NCBI RefSeq assembly: GCF_000018785.1
Contig: NC_010163.1
Coordinates: 480,001 to 512,000 of the forward strand
Length of the DNA: 32,000 nucleotides
Reading direction: 5' to 3'
From: Acholeplasma laidlawii PG-8A
GTDB lineage: Bacteria > Bacillota_I > Bacilli_A > Acholeplasmatales > Acholeplasmataceae
Shown here: positions 9,212 through 17,289 of the stretch, piece by piece
Position numbering within the stretch: position 1 is the first letter of the stretch
Layout: each line of letters begins with the position of its first letter
The notes under the pieces: model-generated
Told to the model about the DNA's origin: nothing
Databases searched by the model: none
What the model saw: the letters and a program-made list of their open reading frames with translations, nothing else
Position numbers and translations under genes: made by a program

Positions 9212-10450
9212 ATGAAAAGAAGAGTCGTTATTACAGGGATGGGTACAATTAACCCTGTTGGTAATAGTGTAGATGAATCATTTGATGCCATTATTGATGG
9301 TAAGAATGGATTAGGTCCAATTACTTATTTTGATACTGAAAAGGTAAAAATAAGTATTGCTGGTGAATTAAAAAACATTAATTTTGAAGATTACCTAGAT
9401 AAAAAAGAAATTAAACGTAGTGATAAAGTCATGATTTTAGGTACGATTGCAGCCATGCAAGCATACGAGGATAGCGGACTAAAAGACACTGATTATGACC
9501 CATATAGATTTGGTACGTTTGTAACATCTGGAATTGGTGGACTAGATACTATGGAAAAAGATATTTCTATAAAAGCACTACGTGGTGCTGATAGAATTTC
9601 ACCTTTTTTCATACCAAATTCTATTGTAAATATGGTAGGTGGTATGATATCTATTAAGTTCCAAGTAAAGGGTCCAAATATACCGATTGTTACAGCATGT
9701 TCAGCTGCAACAAATGCAATAGGTGAAGCATTCAGAAATATCCGTGATGGATATTTAGATTTAGCTTTCGCAGGTGGTGCAGAGGCAAGTATAAATGAAA
9801 CTGGTATCGGTGGATTTGCAGCTTTAAAAGCACTTTCAACTGAAACAGATCCTAATAAAGCAAGTCGTCCTTTCGATAAAGAAAGAAGTGGCTTTGTAAT
9901 GGGAGAAGGTTCAGGGGTTCTTATTTTAGAATCTTTAGAAAGTGCCCAAAAACGTGGTGCTAAAATCTATGCTGAAATCGTTGGTTATGGTTCAACATCA
10001 GATGCATTCCATATGACTGCACCAGATAATGCTGCTGATGGATTAACTAAGGCTATTGAGTTAACACTTGAAGATGCTAAAGTATCACCAACTGACGTTG
10101 GATATATCAATGCACACGGTACATCCACATTACTAAATGATAAAATTGAAACACTAGGTATTAAACGTGCTTTTAAAGAACATGCATACGATTTGAATGT
10201 ATCTTCTACAAAAGGTGCAACAGGCCATATGTTAGGTGCAACCGGTGCAGTAGAAAGTATCTTTTGTATCAAAGCACTACAAACAGGTTTAATTCCACCA
10301 ACAATCAACTACAGTAATGTAGATCCTGAATGTGACTTAAACTATACAGTAAACAAAGCCGTAAAACGTGATATCAATTATGCTATGAATATCAACGTAG
10401 GTTTTGGTGGCCAAAATGCAGTTGTGTTATATAAGAAATATGGAGAATAA
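9212..10450 (+). CDS. fabF: 3-oxoacyl-ACP synthase II
   Basis: MKRRVVITGMG start, active-site ACSAATNA, HGTST and GHMLGATG. The ORF opens at GTG 9200, but ATG 9212 follows a GAGTGGGTGA SD. Confidence 0.92.
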   Translation: MKRRVVITGMGTINPVGNSVDESFDAIIDGKNGLGPITYFDTEKVKISIAGELKNINFEDYLDKKEIKRSDKVMILGTIAAMQAYEDSGLKDTDYDPYRFGTFVTSGIGGLDTMEKDISIKALRGADRISPFFIPNSIVNMVGGMISIKFQVKGPNIPIVTACSAATNAIGEAFRNIRDGYLDLAFAGGAEASINETGIGGFAALKALSTETDPNKASRPFDKERSGFVMGEGSGVLILESLESAQKRGAKIYAEIVGYGSTSDAFHMTAPDNAADGLTKAIELTLEDAKVSPTDVGYINAHGTSTLLNDKIETLGIKRAFKEHAYDLNVSSTKGATGHMLGATGAVESIFCIKALQTGLIPPTINYSNVDPECDLNYTVNKAVKRDINYAMNINVGFGGQNAVVLYKKYGE

Positions 10451-10452
10451 AT

Positions 10453-10881
10453 ATGGCATTATTAAATAGAGAACAAATTCAAGAAATATTACCACATAGA
10501 GATCCTTTTTTAATGGTTGATGAAGTTTTAGAACTTGTTGAAAAAGAAAAATGTGTAGGTATTAAATATGTAAAAGCAGAAGAATATTACTTTAAAGGAC
10601 ATTTTCCTCAGTATCCTGTAATGCCTGGTGTATTAATACTAGAAACAATGGCTCAAGTTGGTGCGATTGCTTTACTAAGTATTCCAGAGTTCAAAGGTAA
10701 AATCGGATTTTTTACAGGAGCTAACAACGTTAAATGGCGTAAACAAGTACGTCCAGGAGATACTTTAAAAGTTGAAACAGTATTAACCCGTATTCGTGGT
10801 GCTTTTGGTGTGGGTAGCGCTAAAGCATGGGTAGAAGGCGAATTAGTATGTGAAGCTGATATTAGTTTTGCTATTGGCTGA
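10453..10881 (+). CDS. fabZ: 3-hydroxyacyl-ACP dehydratase
   Basis: ILPHRDPFLMVD and HFPxxPVMPGVL hot-dog motifs. TGA stop. Confidence 0.92.
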   Translation: MALLNREQIQEILPHRDPFLMVDEVLELVEKEKCVGIKYVKAEEYYFKGHFPQYPVMPGVLILETMAQVGAIALLSIPEFKGKIGFFTGANNVKWRKQVRPGDTLKVETVLTRIRGAFGVGSAKAWVEGELVCEADISFAIG

Positions 10882-10883
10882 TC

Positions 10884-11939
10884 ATGGTTAAAGTAAAATT
10901 AATAGAGTTTAAAAAAATACCCTCAACCAGTGACTATCTAAAACAAAATTATGAAAAACTGGACTCTTTTACCTTTGTAAGAACAGATTATCAAACTAAA
11001 GGTAGAGGTCAATTCGAACGTCAATGGATGAGTGCGAATGGACGTAATTTATTACTTTCGTTTATGATTAAAGATGTACCGATAAATCAGCTGATTACAA
11101 TCAAAGAATGGGTGAAAAGTAGTATCTTTTCAACACTAGGTTCATTAGGTTTAGATGTATATTTCAAAGAGCCTAATGACGTCTATTGTCATCAAAAAAA
11201 GTTATGCGGAATATTGATGGAAACAAAAGGATCGGGCGATAAATTTGATTATGTCATCGTAGGTATTGGTTTAAATGTGAATCAATTTATATTTCACAAG
11301 TTTAAGGCAACGTCCATATTTTTAGAAACAAAGAAAACTCAAAATGTAAGAAAGATTATGTCTAAACTAATGACTAATCTTTTAGAAAGTTCATTTTTAA
11401 GGTGCAATATGACGATTAAAAGAATTATTATTATATCTATGTTTGCAGCTTTAATTGCTGTCTCTACATTTATGAATGTACCAGTACCACCTGTAAGTTT
11501 TACCCTACAAACGTTAATGATTGTGCTTACGGGATTATTATTAACACCTCTAGATGCATTTTTAGCAGTATTAGTCTATTTAACTGCTGGTGCATTTGGT
11601 ATGCCTATTTTTACAACTGGCGGTGGATTTCAAAGTTTTGTAGCACCGACAGGGGGATTTTTATTATCATTTTTAGTTGTAGCTCCTGGTATATCCTTAT
11701 TTAAATCTAAAAGTAAAAATATCTTACAAGATGGAATCGTCTTAATGATATTTGGCTTCTTGATTGTTTATTTATTTGGTATAGCAATCTTTATGTATGC
11801 GACAAGTTTGGATTTTATATATACCATAGGTGTTTTTATACCATACTATATTTGGGATATAGCAAAACTTATATTTGCTTATGTAGTCTATTACTACATG
11901 CCGCAAGCAATCATAGATAAACATTTAAAAGGGATATAA
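10884..11939 (+). CDS. birA: Single ORF fusing a biotin-[acetyl-CoA-carboxylase] ligase catalytic core (aa 1-175) to the BioY biotin-transporter S-component (aa 176-351)
   Basis: N-terminal half carries PSTSDY, KGRGQFERQW (variant of GRGRxGRxW), PNDVYxxxKKLCGILME and VGIGLNVNQ. C-terminal half carries the BioY pattern (FTLQTLMIVLTGLLL...GMPIFTTGGGF...PTGGFLLSF). No stop lies between the halves. An internal AAGGTG SD precedes the in-frame ATG at 11409. Confidence 0.75.
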   Translation: MVKVKLIEFKKIPSTSDYLKQNYEKLDSFTFVRTDYQTKGRGQFERQWMSANGRNLLLSFMIKDVPINQLITIKEWVKSSIFSTLGSLGLDVYFKEPNDVYCHQKKLCGILMETKGSGDKFDYVIVGIGLNVNQFIFHKFKATSIFLETKKTQNVRKIMSKLMTNLLESSFLRCNMTIKRIIIISMFAALIAVSTFMNVPVPPVSFTLQTLMIVLTGLLLTPLDAFLAVLVYLTAGAFGMPIFTTGGGFQSFVAPTGGFLLSFLVVAPGISLFKSKSKNILQDGIVLMIFGFLIVYLFGIAIFMYATSLDFIYTIGVFIPYYIWDIAKLIFAYVVYYYMPQAIIDKHLKGI

Positions 11940-11952
11940 AATCCCTTTTTAT
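11927..11952 (+). terminator. Rho-independent terminator of the acc/fab/birA-bioY operon
   Basis: AAAAGGGAT / ATAAA / ATCCCTTTT plus Ts. The hairpin overlaps the stop codon. Confidence 0.7.
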
Positions 11953-12023
11953 TATATAAACCTTAAGCTAAATTACCACAATTTACCAAATGAAGCATTG
12001 CTTCTATAGAAATAATAAAAGTT

Positions 12024-12032
12024 TGCTATAAT
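12024..12032 (+). promoter_or_regulatory. Extended -10 promoter element (TGcTATAAT) for the FNR gene
   Basis: TATAAT at 12027-12032 with TG at 12024-12025. It lies just upstream of ATG 12035, which argues for ATG 12062 as the real start. Confidence 0.45.
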
Positions 12033-12061
12033 CTATGAAGATAACAAGGAGAGATGCATTT

Positions 12062-13030
12062 ATGTTAGAAGTATTAATTATTGGTGCAGGTCCAACCGGA
12101 TTATATGCAGCATTTTTAGCAGGTCTTAGAAATTTAAAGGCTGCAGTCATAGAATCAAGTGCTGAACCAGGTGGACAATTAACTGCAGTATATAAAGATA
12201 AGTATATTTATGATATACCTGGTTTTCCAAAGATAACCGCTAAAGACTATATTGATGGACAAGTTCTACAATATGAAAGATTTAAATCAGATTTACCAAT
12301 TTATTATAATGAAGAAGCTATCGATATTAAAAAACATGACGATCACTTTATTGTTACTACAACAACTAAAACCATTGAAACTAAGTTTGTTTTAATTGCA
12401 CATGGTGGTGGTGGATTTGTTCCTCAAAAGTTAAAGATTGATGAACATTACGACAATATCTTATACTTTATTAAAGACTTAAACCAATTTAAAGATAAAA
12501 AAATAGTCGTTTTAGGTGGAGGGGATTCTGCACTTGACTGGGCAATCGATTTATCTGAATACACAAAAGATGTTACATTAGTCCATAGAAGAGATGAATT
12601 TAGAGCACTTCAATCTAGTGTAGATCACTTTAGAGAAAAAGGTACAATTCTTACACCCTATATTGTAGATACAGTAGAAGGTAATGACAAACTAGTTCAC
12701 ACTTTAGTACTTAAACATGCTAAAACACATGAAAGATTAAATTTAGATGCAGACTATATCGTTGTAAACTACGGCTTTGTACTCACAAAATCCAGACTAG
12801 ATGAGTGGGGTATTGAAGGTGAAAAAGGTCTAATTAAAGTAGACTACACCATGAAAACAAGTCTTGATGGTATTTATGCTGCAGGTAATGGTATTGATTA
12901 TCCAGGTAAAGTTAAACTAATTTCTACAGGTCAAGGTGAGGCTGCAACAGCTATTCAATCCATCACAACACTGCTTTATCCAGAAAAAACACGTAAATTT
13001 GAACACTCAACTGCACTCATTAAAGAATAA
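12062..13030 (+). CDS. Ferredoxin-NADP+ reductase, thioredoxin-reductase-like type 2 (YumC family)
   Basis: IIGAGPTGLYAA FAD motif, GGQL, YIYDIPGFPKI, GGGDSALDWA and HRRDEFRA align along the length of B. subtilis YumC as I remember it. SD AAGGAGAG at 12046-12053 precedes ATG 12062. The ORF track starts at 12035. Confidence 0.85.
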   Translation: MLEVLIIGAGPTGLYAAFLAGLRNLKAAVIESSAEPGGQLTAVYKDKYIYDIPGFPKITAKDYIDGQVLQYERFKSDLPIYYNEEAIDIKKHDDHFIVTTTTKTIETKFVLIAHGGGGFVPQKLKIDEHYDNILYFIKDLNQFKDKKIVVLGGGDSALDWAIDLSEYTKDVTLVHRRDEFRALQSSVDHFREKGTILTPYIVDTVEGNDKLVHTLVLKHAKTHERLNLDADYIVVNYGFVLTKSRLDEWGIEGEKGLIKVDYTMKTSLDGIYAAGNGIDYPGKVKLISTGQGEAATAIQSITTLLYPEKTRKFEHSTALIKE

Positions 13031-13038
13031 TTAACTAG

Positions 13039-13069
13039 AATACAGCCTAACAAGGCTGTATTTTTTTTA
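13039..13069 (+). terminator. Rho-independent terminator
   Basis: AATACAGCC / TAACAA / GGCTGTATT followed by T8. Confidence 0.75.
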
Positions 13070-13091
13070 TGATTAAAAATATAAAGTATAT

Positions 13092-13146
13092 GTATTGTGT
13101 TTTACACAGTACATGTGATATTATAGTAGTGTGTTAAACACAATAC
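13092..13146. promoter_or_regulatory. padR promoter region flanked by two near-identical inverted operator-like elements (GTATTGTGTTT[T/A]ACACA)
   Basis: TGTGT-TTT-ACACA at 13096-13108 and TGTGT-TAA-ACACA at 13130-13142. A -10-like TATTAT (13119-13124) lies between them. Confidence 0.5.
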
Positions 13147-13164
13147 ACAAGAAAGGGCGATAAA

Positions 13165-13485
13165 TTGAATACACAATTTAAGAAAGGGATACTTGATTTA
13201 TGTATCTTAAAAGTTGTTAAAGATAAAGAAATGTATGGCTTTGAAATTATCGATAAGTTATCACATATATTAGATATTAATGAAAATACAATTTATCCGA
13301 TACTTAGAAGACTTACAGAACAAAAACTCTTTGAAACTTATACCAAAGATAGTCCCTTAGGGGCACAAAGAAAGTATTACAAGATCACCTTAGAGGGTGA
13401 AAAGAAGTTAGCGTTATTTACAGAAGATTGGGATGCATTTATCAAAAATGTAAATTATATATTGAAGGGTGAACAAGATGAATAA
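13165..13485 (+). CDS. PadR-family transcriptional regulator
   Basis: GILDLCILKVV..MYGFEIIDKL...ENTIYPILRRL winged-helix pattern. TTG start after GAAAGGG. Confidence 0.85.
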   Translation: MNTQFKKGILDLCILKVVKDKEMYGFEIIDKLSHILDINENTIYPILRRLTEQKLFETYTKDSPLGAQRKYYKITLEGEKKLALFTEDWDAFIKNVNYILKGEQDE

Positions 13486-14626
13486 AAAAACATACTTAAA
13501 AGAAATTTATGATTACTTTAGAGAAAAAGAAGTAATCAAACATGACATTGACAATGTGATTGCAGATTACTCAGAGCTTTATGATGAAGCTATTGGCTTA
13601 GGATTAAGTGATGAGGATGTCATATCTAAATTAGGTACTGCTAAAGATATTTATTATGGTATCGAAGATACATTACGTCATGAAAAATCTAAAGATAATA
13701 GAATCGTTGCAGTGATGCCATTTATTTCAACGATACTGTTTTTCTTAGTTGGCTTTGCTTTTGATGGTTGGGCATATGCATGGATATCTTACCTACTCAT
13801 TCCAGTAACTGCAATTATTGTAAATACTAGAAAGAAGGATATGATTGTAGCGATTAGTCCATTTGTTGCTACAATTACTTTCTTCATATTAGGTTTCTTA
13901 TTTGATTTATGGCACCCAGGTTGGCTGATATTCTTAATTATTCCGGTTTCAGCGATTGCATTAAACAGTAAGGGTAGTGAAAAAATAGTTGCACTATCTC
14001 CATTTGTCTTTCTAACCATCTATATGATTGTTAGTGCATTTATTGTTTCTGAGTTTTATTATTATGGATGGGCTATATTTGCACTTATTCCTGTAATTGC
14101 AATCTTAACTCAACCCATAAAATTGAAGGATATCTTCATGATCTCAACAATATTACTAGCGATGGCAGCACATATTACCATTTACTTTACGATTGAAAAT
14201 GCAGGATATGTATGGATGGTGTATCTAGTACCTACAGTTGTAGGAATCTTACTGGGTTATATTCAAGTAATATCTGGTGATAAAGTAAATGTTAAAGAGA
14301 AAATATGGGTAATATTATCGATGCTACTTGTGGTTATCGCATATCTTTTGGTAAGTTTTTTGATCCCTAATATTTGGACTTGGAGTTGGATTATCTTATT
14401 ACTTATACCAATGATTGGTATCTATGATGGTACTAAATTCGAGCATCCTGTAGCATATATGCCATTTATTGCAATTACTATATTTATGCTTCTTGGCTCA
14501 CTTGGCAATTACTGGCAATATGCTTGGTTAGTGTTCTTAATTATTCCAATAACTGCAATTTTAACGGAGTCAGGTGACAAAACTAAAGAAGTAAAAGAAG
14601 ATACTGACGAAACAAGTGATTGTTAA
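13478..14626 (+). CDS. PadR-associated membrane protein: N-terminal DUF1700-like cytoplasmic helical domain plus six repeated 2-TM hairpin modules
   Basis: N-terminus KKTYLKEIYDYF...DYSELYDEAIGLGLSDEDVISKLGTAKDI fits the DUF1700 pattern. Six modules of the type (I/V)VAxxPF-TM-G..W..W-LIIPVxAI. ATG 13478 (after AAGGGTGA) overlaps the padR stop. The ORF track opens at GTG 13469. Confidence 0.75.
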   Translation: MNKKTYLKEIYDYFREKEVIKHDIDNVIADYSELYDEAIGLGLSDEDVISKLGTAKDIYYGIEDTLRHEKSKDNRIVAVMPFISTILFFLVGFAFDGWAYAWISYLLIPVTAIIVNTRKKDMIVAISPFVATITFFILGFLFDLWHPGWLIFLIIPVSAIALNSKGSEKIVALSPFVFLTIYMIVSAFIVSEFYYYGWAIFALIPVIAILTQPIKLKDIFMISTILLAMAAHITIYFTIENAGYVWMVYLVPTVVGILLGYIQVISGDKVNVKEKIWVILSMLLVVIAYLLVSFLIPNIWTWSWIILLLIPMIGIYDGTKFEHPVAYMPFIAITIFMLLGSLGNYWQYAWLVFLIIPITAILTESGDKTKEVKEDTDETSDC

Positions 14627-14689
14627 CACATTTAAGCGTATCTTATGAAATAAGTTTTTTCATGGCGTATAATCAAACTATAGAAAGGG

Positions 14690-14887
14690 ATGATTAATAT
14701 GACAGTAAAAGAATTTTTAGATAAAGAAAAACCAAATAAGTATATTATTACTGACCGTATGCGTACACCTTTTAAAGAAGAACAACTTAAATGGTTAGAT
14801 TTATCCGATATTGAAGTAAGAACTACAGATATTCTGGCTGATGGTACAGTGAGAATACATTCTGATTACATGCCGGATGCTTGTTAA
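14690..14887 (+). CDS. Small soluble hypothetical protein (62-65 aa)
   Basis: TATAAT at 14668-14673 and SD GAAAGGGA at 14683-14690. By spacing, ATG 14699 is the more likely start. A strong terminator follows directly. Confidence 0.5.
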   Translation: MINMTVKEFLDKEKPNKYIITDRMRTPFKEEQLKWLDLSDIEVRTTDILADGTVRIHSDYMPDAC

Positions 14888-14918
14888 CTTTTAGCAATTT
14901 ACTCATACACCCAATATG

Positions 14919-14950
14919 AACCTCAATAGAAAAATGCTATTGAGGTTTTA
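14919..14950 (+). terminator. Rho-independent terminator
   Basis: AACCTCAATAG / AAAAATG / CTATTGAGGTT followed by TTTAT. Confidence 0.7.
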
Positions 14951-15044
14951 TCTTTATTTATATAGCTATAAACACTTAAATTGATAAGACATTAATTAAT
15001 AATTAACGACAAAATATTAAAAATCATTTAATGAATCTTAATTG

Positions 15045-15072
15045 TTGACATCTAAGAAAAAATATATATAAT
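15045..15072 (+). promoter_or_regulatory. Near-consensus promoter of potABCD
   Basis: TTGACA 15045-15050, 16-nt spacer, TATAAT 15067-15072. Confidence 0.6.
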
Positions 15073-15187
15073 ATATGCGATTAGTTTATTGTAATTTAAC
15101 TATATGTTTATATATAGTAAACAAATAGAGATAATATGAAGACGATATTTTACAATGAGTAAACATATGTGAAGGAAGGTACAAATC

Positions 15188-16420
15188 ATGGCTTTTATTG
15201 AATTAAAAGATGTAACTAAAGAGTTTAATAATCAAGTAGTATTAAGGGGTATTGACCTAGAAATCAAAAGTAATGAGTTTGTCACCTTACTTGGACCATC
15301 TGGATGTGGGAAAACTACGACATTAAGAATTATTGGTGGTTTTATTGAACCAACAGGTGGTGAAGTCTTATTTGATGGTGTAGATATTTTAAAATTACCG
15401 GCTTATAAAAGACCAACAAATACAGTATTCCAAAGATATTCTTTATTTCCTCATTTAAATGTTTTTGAAAACGTGGCATTTGGTTTACGTGTTAAAGACC
15501 AAAACCGTGAAGCAAAAAAAGAAATTACTACTTTAAAAGAAATCTATAAAAAACAAATTGATGAACTACAATACAAGGTAGATCATGACAGAACAAGTAG
15601 TCTTGAATTAAAAAACCAAGTTAAACTAGAAAAGAAAGCACTAAAAGAAAAACTTGATCAAGATATTAAAGACCTACAAGCTACCTTTATTTCTAAAAAG
15701 AAATATGAATTTATCATTGAAGAAAAAGTGTCTAAATATTTAAAAATGGTAGGTCTTGATGGTTATGAAAACCGTTCTATTTCCAAATTAAGTGGTGGTC
15801 AGATGCAACGTGTTGCAATCGCACGAGCACTAATTAATGAACCTAAGGTGTTACTGTTAGATGAGCCACTTGCTGCACTTGATTTAAAACTACGTCAAGA
15901 AATGCAATATGAATTAAAAGAAATTCAAAGAAGTGCTGGTATTACATTTATTTTCGTAACGCACGATCAAGAAGAAGCTTTAACGATGAGTGATAAGATT
16001 GTAGTTATGAATAAGGGTGAAATTCAACAAGTAGGTACACCAGTTGATATTTATAATGAACCGATAAACCGATTTGTTGCAAACTTTATTGGTGAATCTA
16101 ATATCGTATCAGGCATAATGAAACAAGATTATCTAGTACATTTTGATGGTTTTGATTTTGAATGTGTCGACAAAGGATTTGACACCAATCAAGAAGTAGA
16201 CATTGTTCTACGTCCTGAAGATTTAGATATTGTAGAGTTAGGTACCGGAAAAATTAGTGGTATAGTTGATAGTGTTGTTTTTAAAGGTGTACACTTCGAA
16301 ATTGATGTGAAAACAGAACATAGAATTTATACAGTACATACAACAGATTTTAAAGCAGAAGGGATGAAAGTTGATCTAGACTGGTTCCCAGAAGATATCC
16401 ATGTTATGGAGGTCTGGTAA
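15188..16420 (+). CDS. potA: Spermidine/putrescine ABC transporter ATPase with a charged insertion of about 67 aa
   Basis: Walker [10 protein letters not shown], signature LSGGQMQR, Walker B LLLDEPL, H-loop VTHDQ, C-terminal regulatory domain. The K/E-rich insertion lies between GLR and the signature motif. Confidence 0.88.
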   Translation: MAFIELKDVTKEFNNQVVLRGIDLEIKSNEFVTLLGPSGCGKTTTLRIIGGFIEPTGGEVLFDGVDILKLPAYKRPTNTVFQRYSLFPHLNVFENVAFGLRVKDQNREAKKEITTLKEIYKKQIDELQYKVDHDRTSSLELKNQVKLEKKALKEKLDQDIKDLQATFISKKKYEFIIEEKVSKYLKMVGLDGYENRSISKLSGGQMQRVAIARALINEPKVLLLDEPLAALDLKLRQEMQYELKEIQRSAGITFIFVTHDQEEALTMSDKIVVMNKGEIQQVGTPVDIYNEPINRFVANFIGESNIVSGIMKQDYLVHFDGFDFECVDKGFDTNQEVDIVLRPEDLDIVELGTGKISGIVDSVVFKGVHFEIDVKTEHRIYTVHTTDFKAEGMKVDLDWFPEDIHVMEVW

Positions 16421-17289
16421 TGATTAATTTTCCTAAGAAGCAACAAAAACATCTGCATAAAACACAAAAATTGAATTTTGAATTCTATTTAGGTGCCCCA
16501 TATTATCTTATGATGATTTTACTGGTCATTATCCCAATTGGATTAATGTTACTCTATGCATTTACAACAGATTCAAACAGCTTAATTTCTATTAAGTTTA
16601 CTATTGATAATTTTATTCAATTTTTTAAAGAGCCAACATTTATTTCAAGTATGTTAGAAAGTGTCTATTTATCCTTTTTCTCAGCTGTTATTTGTTTGGT
16701 GATTTGTTACCCATTAGCATTCATCTTAAGTAGAAGAAAGCTCATGACACAAAAGATATTAGTATCTCTTATTACATCTAATATGTTTATTAACTCTTTA
16801 TTATTAGCATATGCTGTACGCTCTATATTTGAAATGATTGGAACAACATTCTTTGGTGAAGCAAGATACTTACTAGGTACAGATTTAGCAATTATTACTG
16901 GTATGGTGTACTTATATTTACCGTTTATGTTATTACCAATTTATACACATATGTCTAAAATGGATAAAAACCTATTTGAATCTGCTGAAGATTTAGGTGC
17001 TAATAAACTTCAAACCATTTTAAGAGTCGTTATTCCGATGTCTTTATCAAGCGTTTTAACTGGATTTATGATGGTATTTTTACCAGCATCAACAACATTA
17101 GTTATTACAAGATACTTAGGTAATGGACAAAGAAAAATGATTGGTGATCTAATAGATTTAGCATTTAAAAATGGTAAATTTGGATATGGTGCAGCGATTG
17201 CATTAGTGCTTGCACTCATCTTACTGATATTTATCTTCTTAATTAAGAGGGTAGATAAATATGAGGAGGTATTAGCTAATGAAGACTAA
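16420..17289 (+). CDS. potB: Spermidine/putrescine ABC transporter permease
   Basis: Six-TM permease with the EAA-type loop ESAEDLGANKLQTILRVVIP. TAATG overlap with potA. Confidence 0.85.
   Translation: MINFPKKQQKHLHKTQKLNFEFYLGAPYYLMMILLVIIPIGLMLLYAFTTDSNSLISIKFTIDNFIQFFKEPTFISSMLESVYLSFFSAVICLVICYPLAFILSRRKLMTQKILVSLITSNMFINSLLLAYAVRSIFEMIGTTFFGEARYLLGTDLAIITGMVYLYLPFMLLPIYTHMSKMDKNLFESAEDLGANKLQTILRVVIPMSLSSVLTGFMMVFLPASTTLVITRYLGNGQRKMIGDLIDLAFKNGKFGYGAAIALVLALILLIFIFLIKRVDKYEEVLANED

Noticed and set aside
12062-13030. The flavoprotein after the fab operon as the missing enoyl-ACP reductase
   Set aside because: The sequence aligns end to end with TrxR-like ferredoxin-NADP reductases (YumC type). 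It has its own promoter and lies beyond the fab terminator. It has no similarity to FabI, FabK, FabL or FabV motifs.
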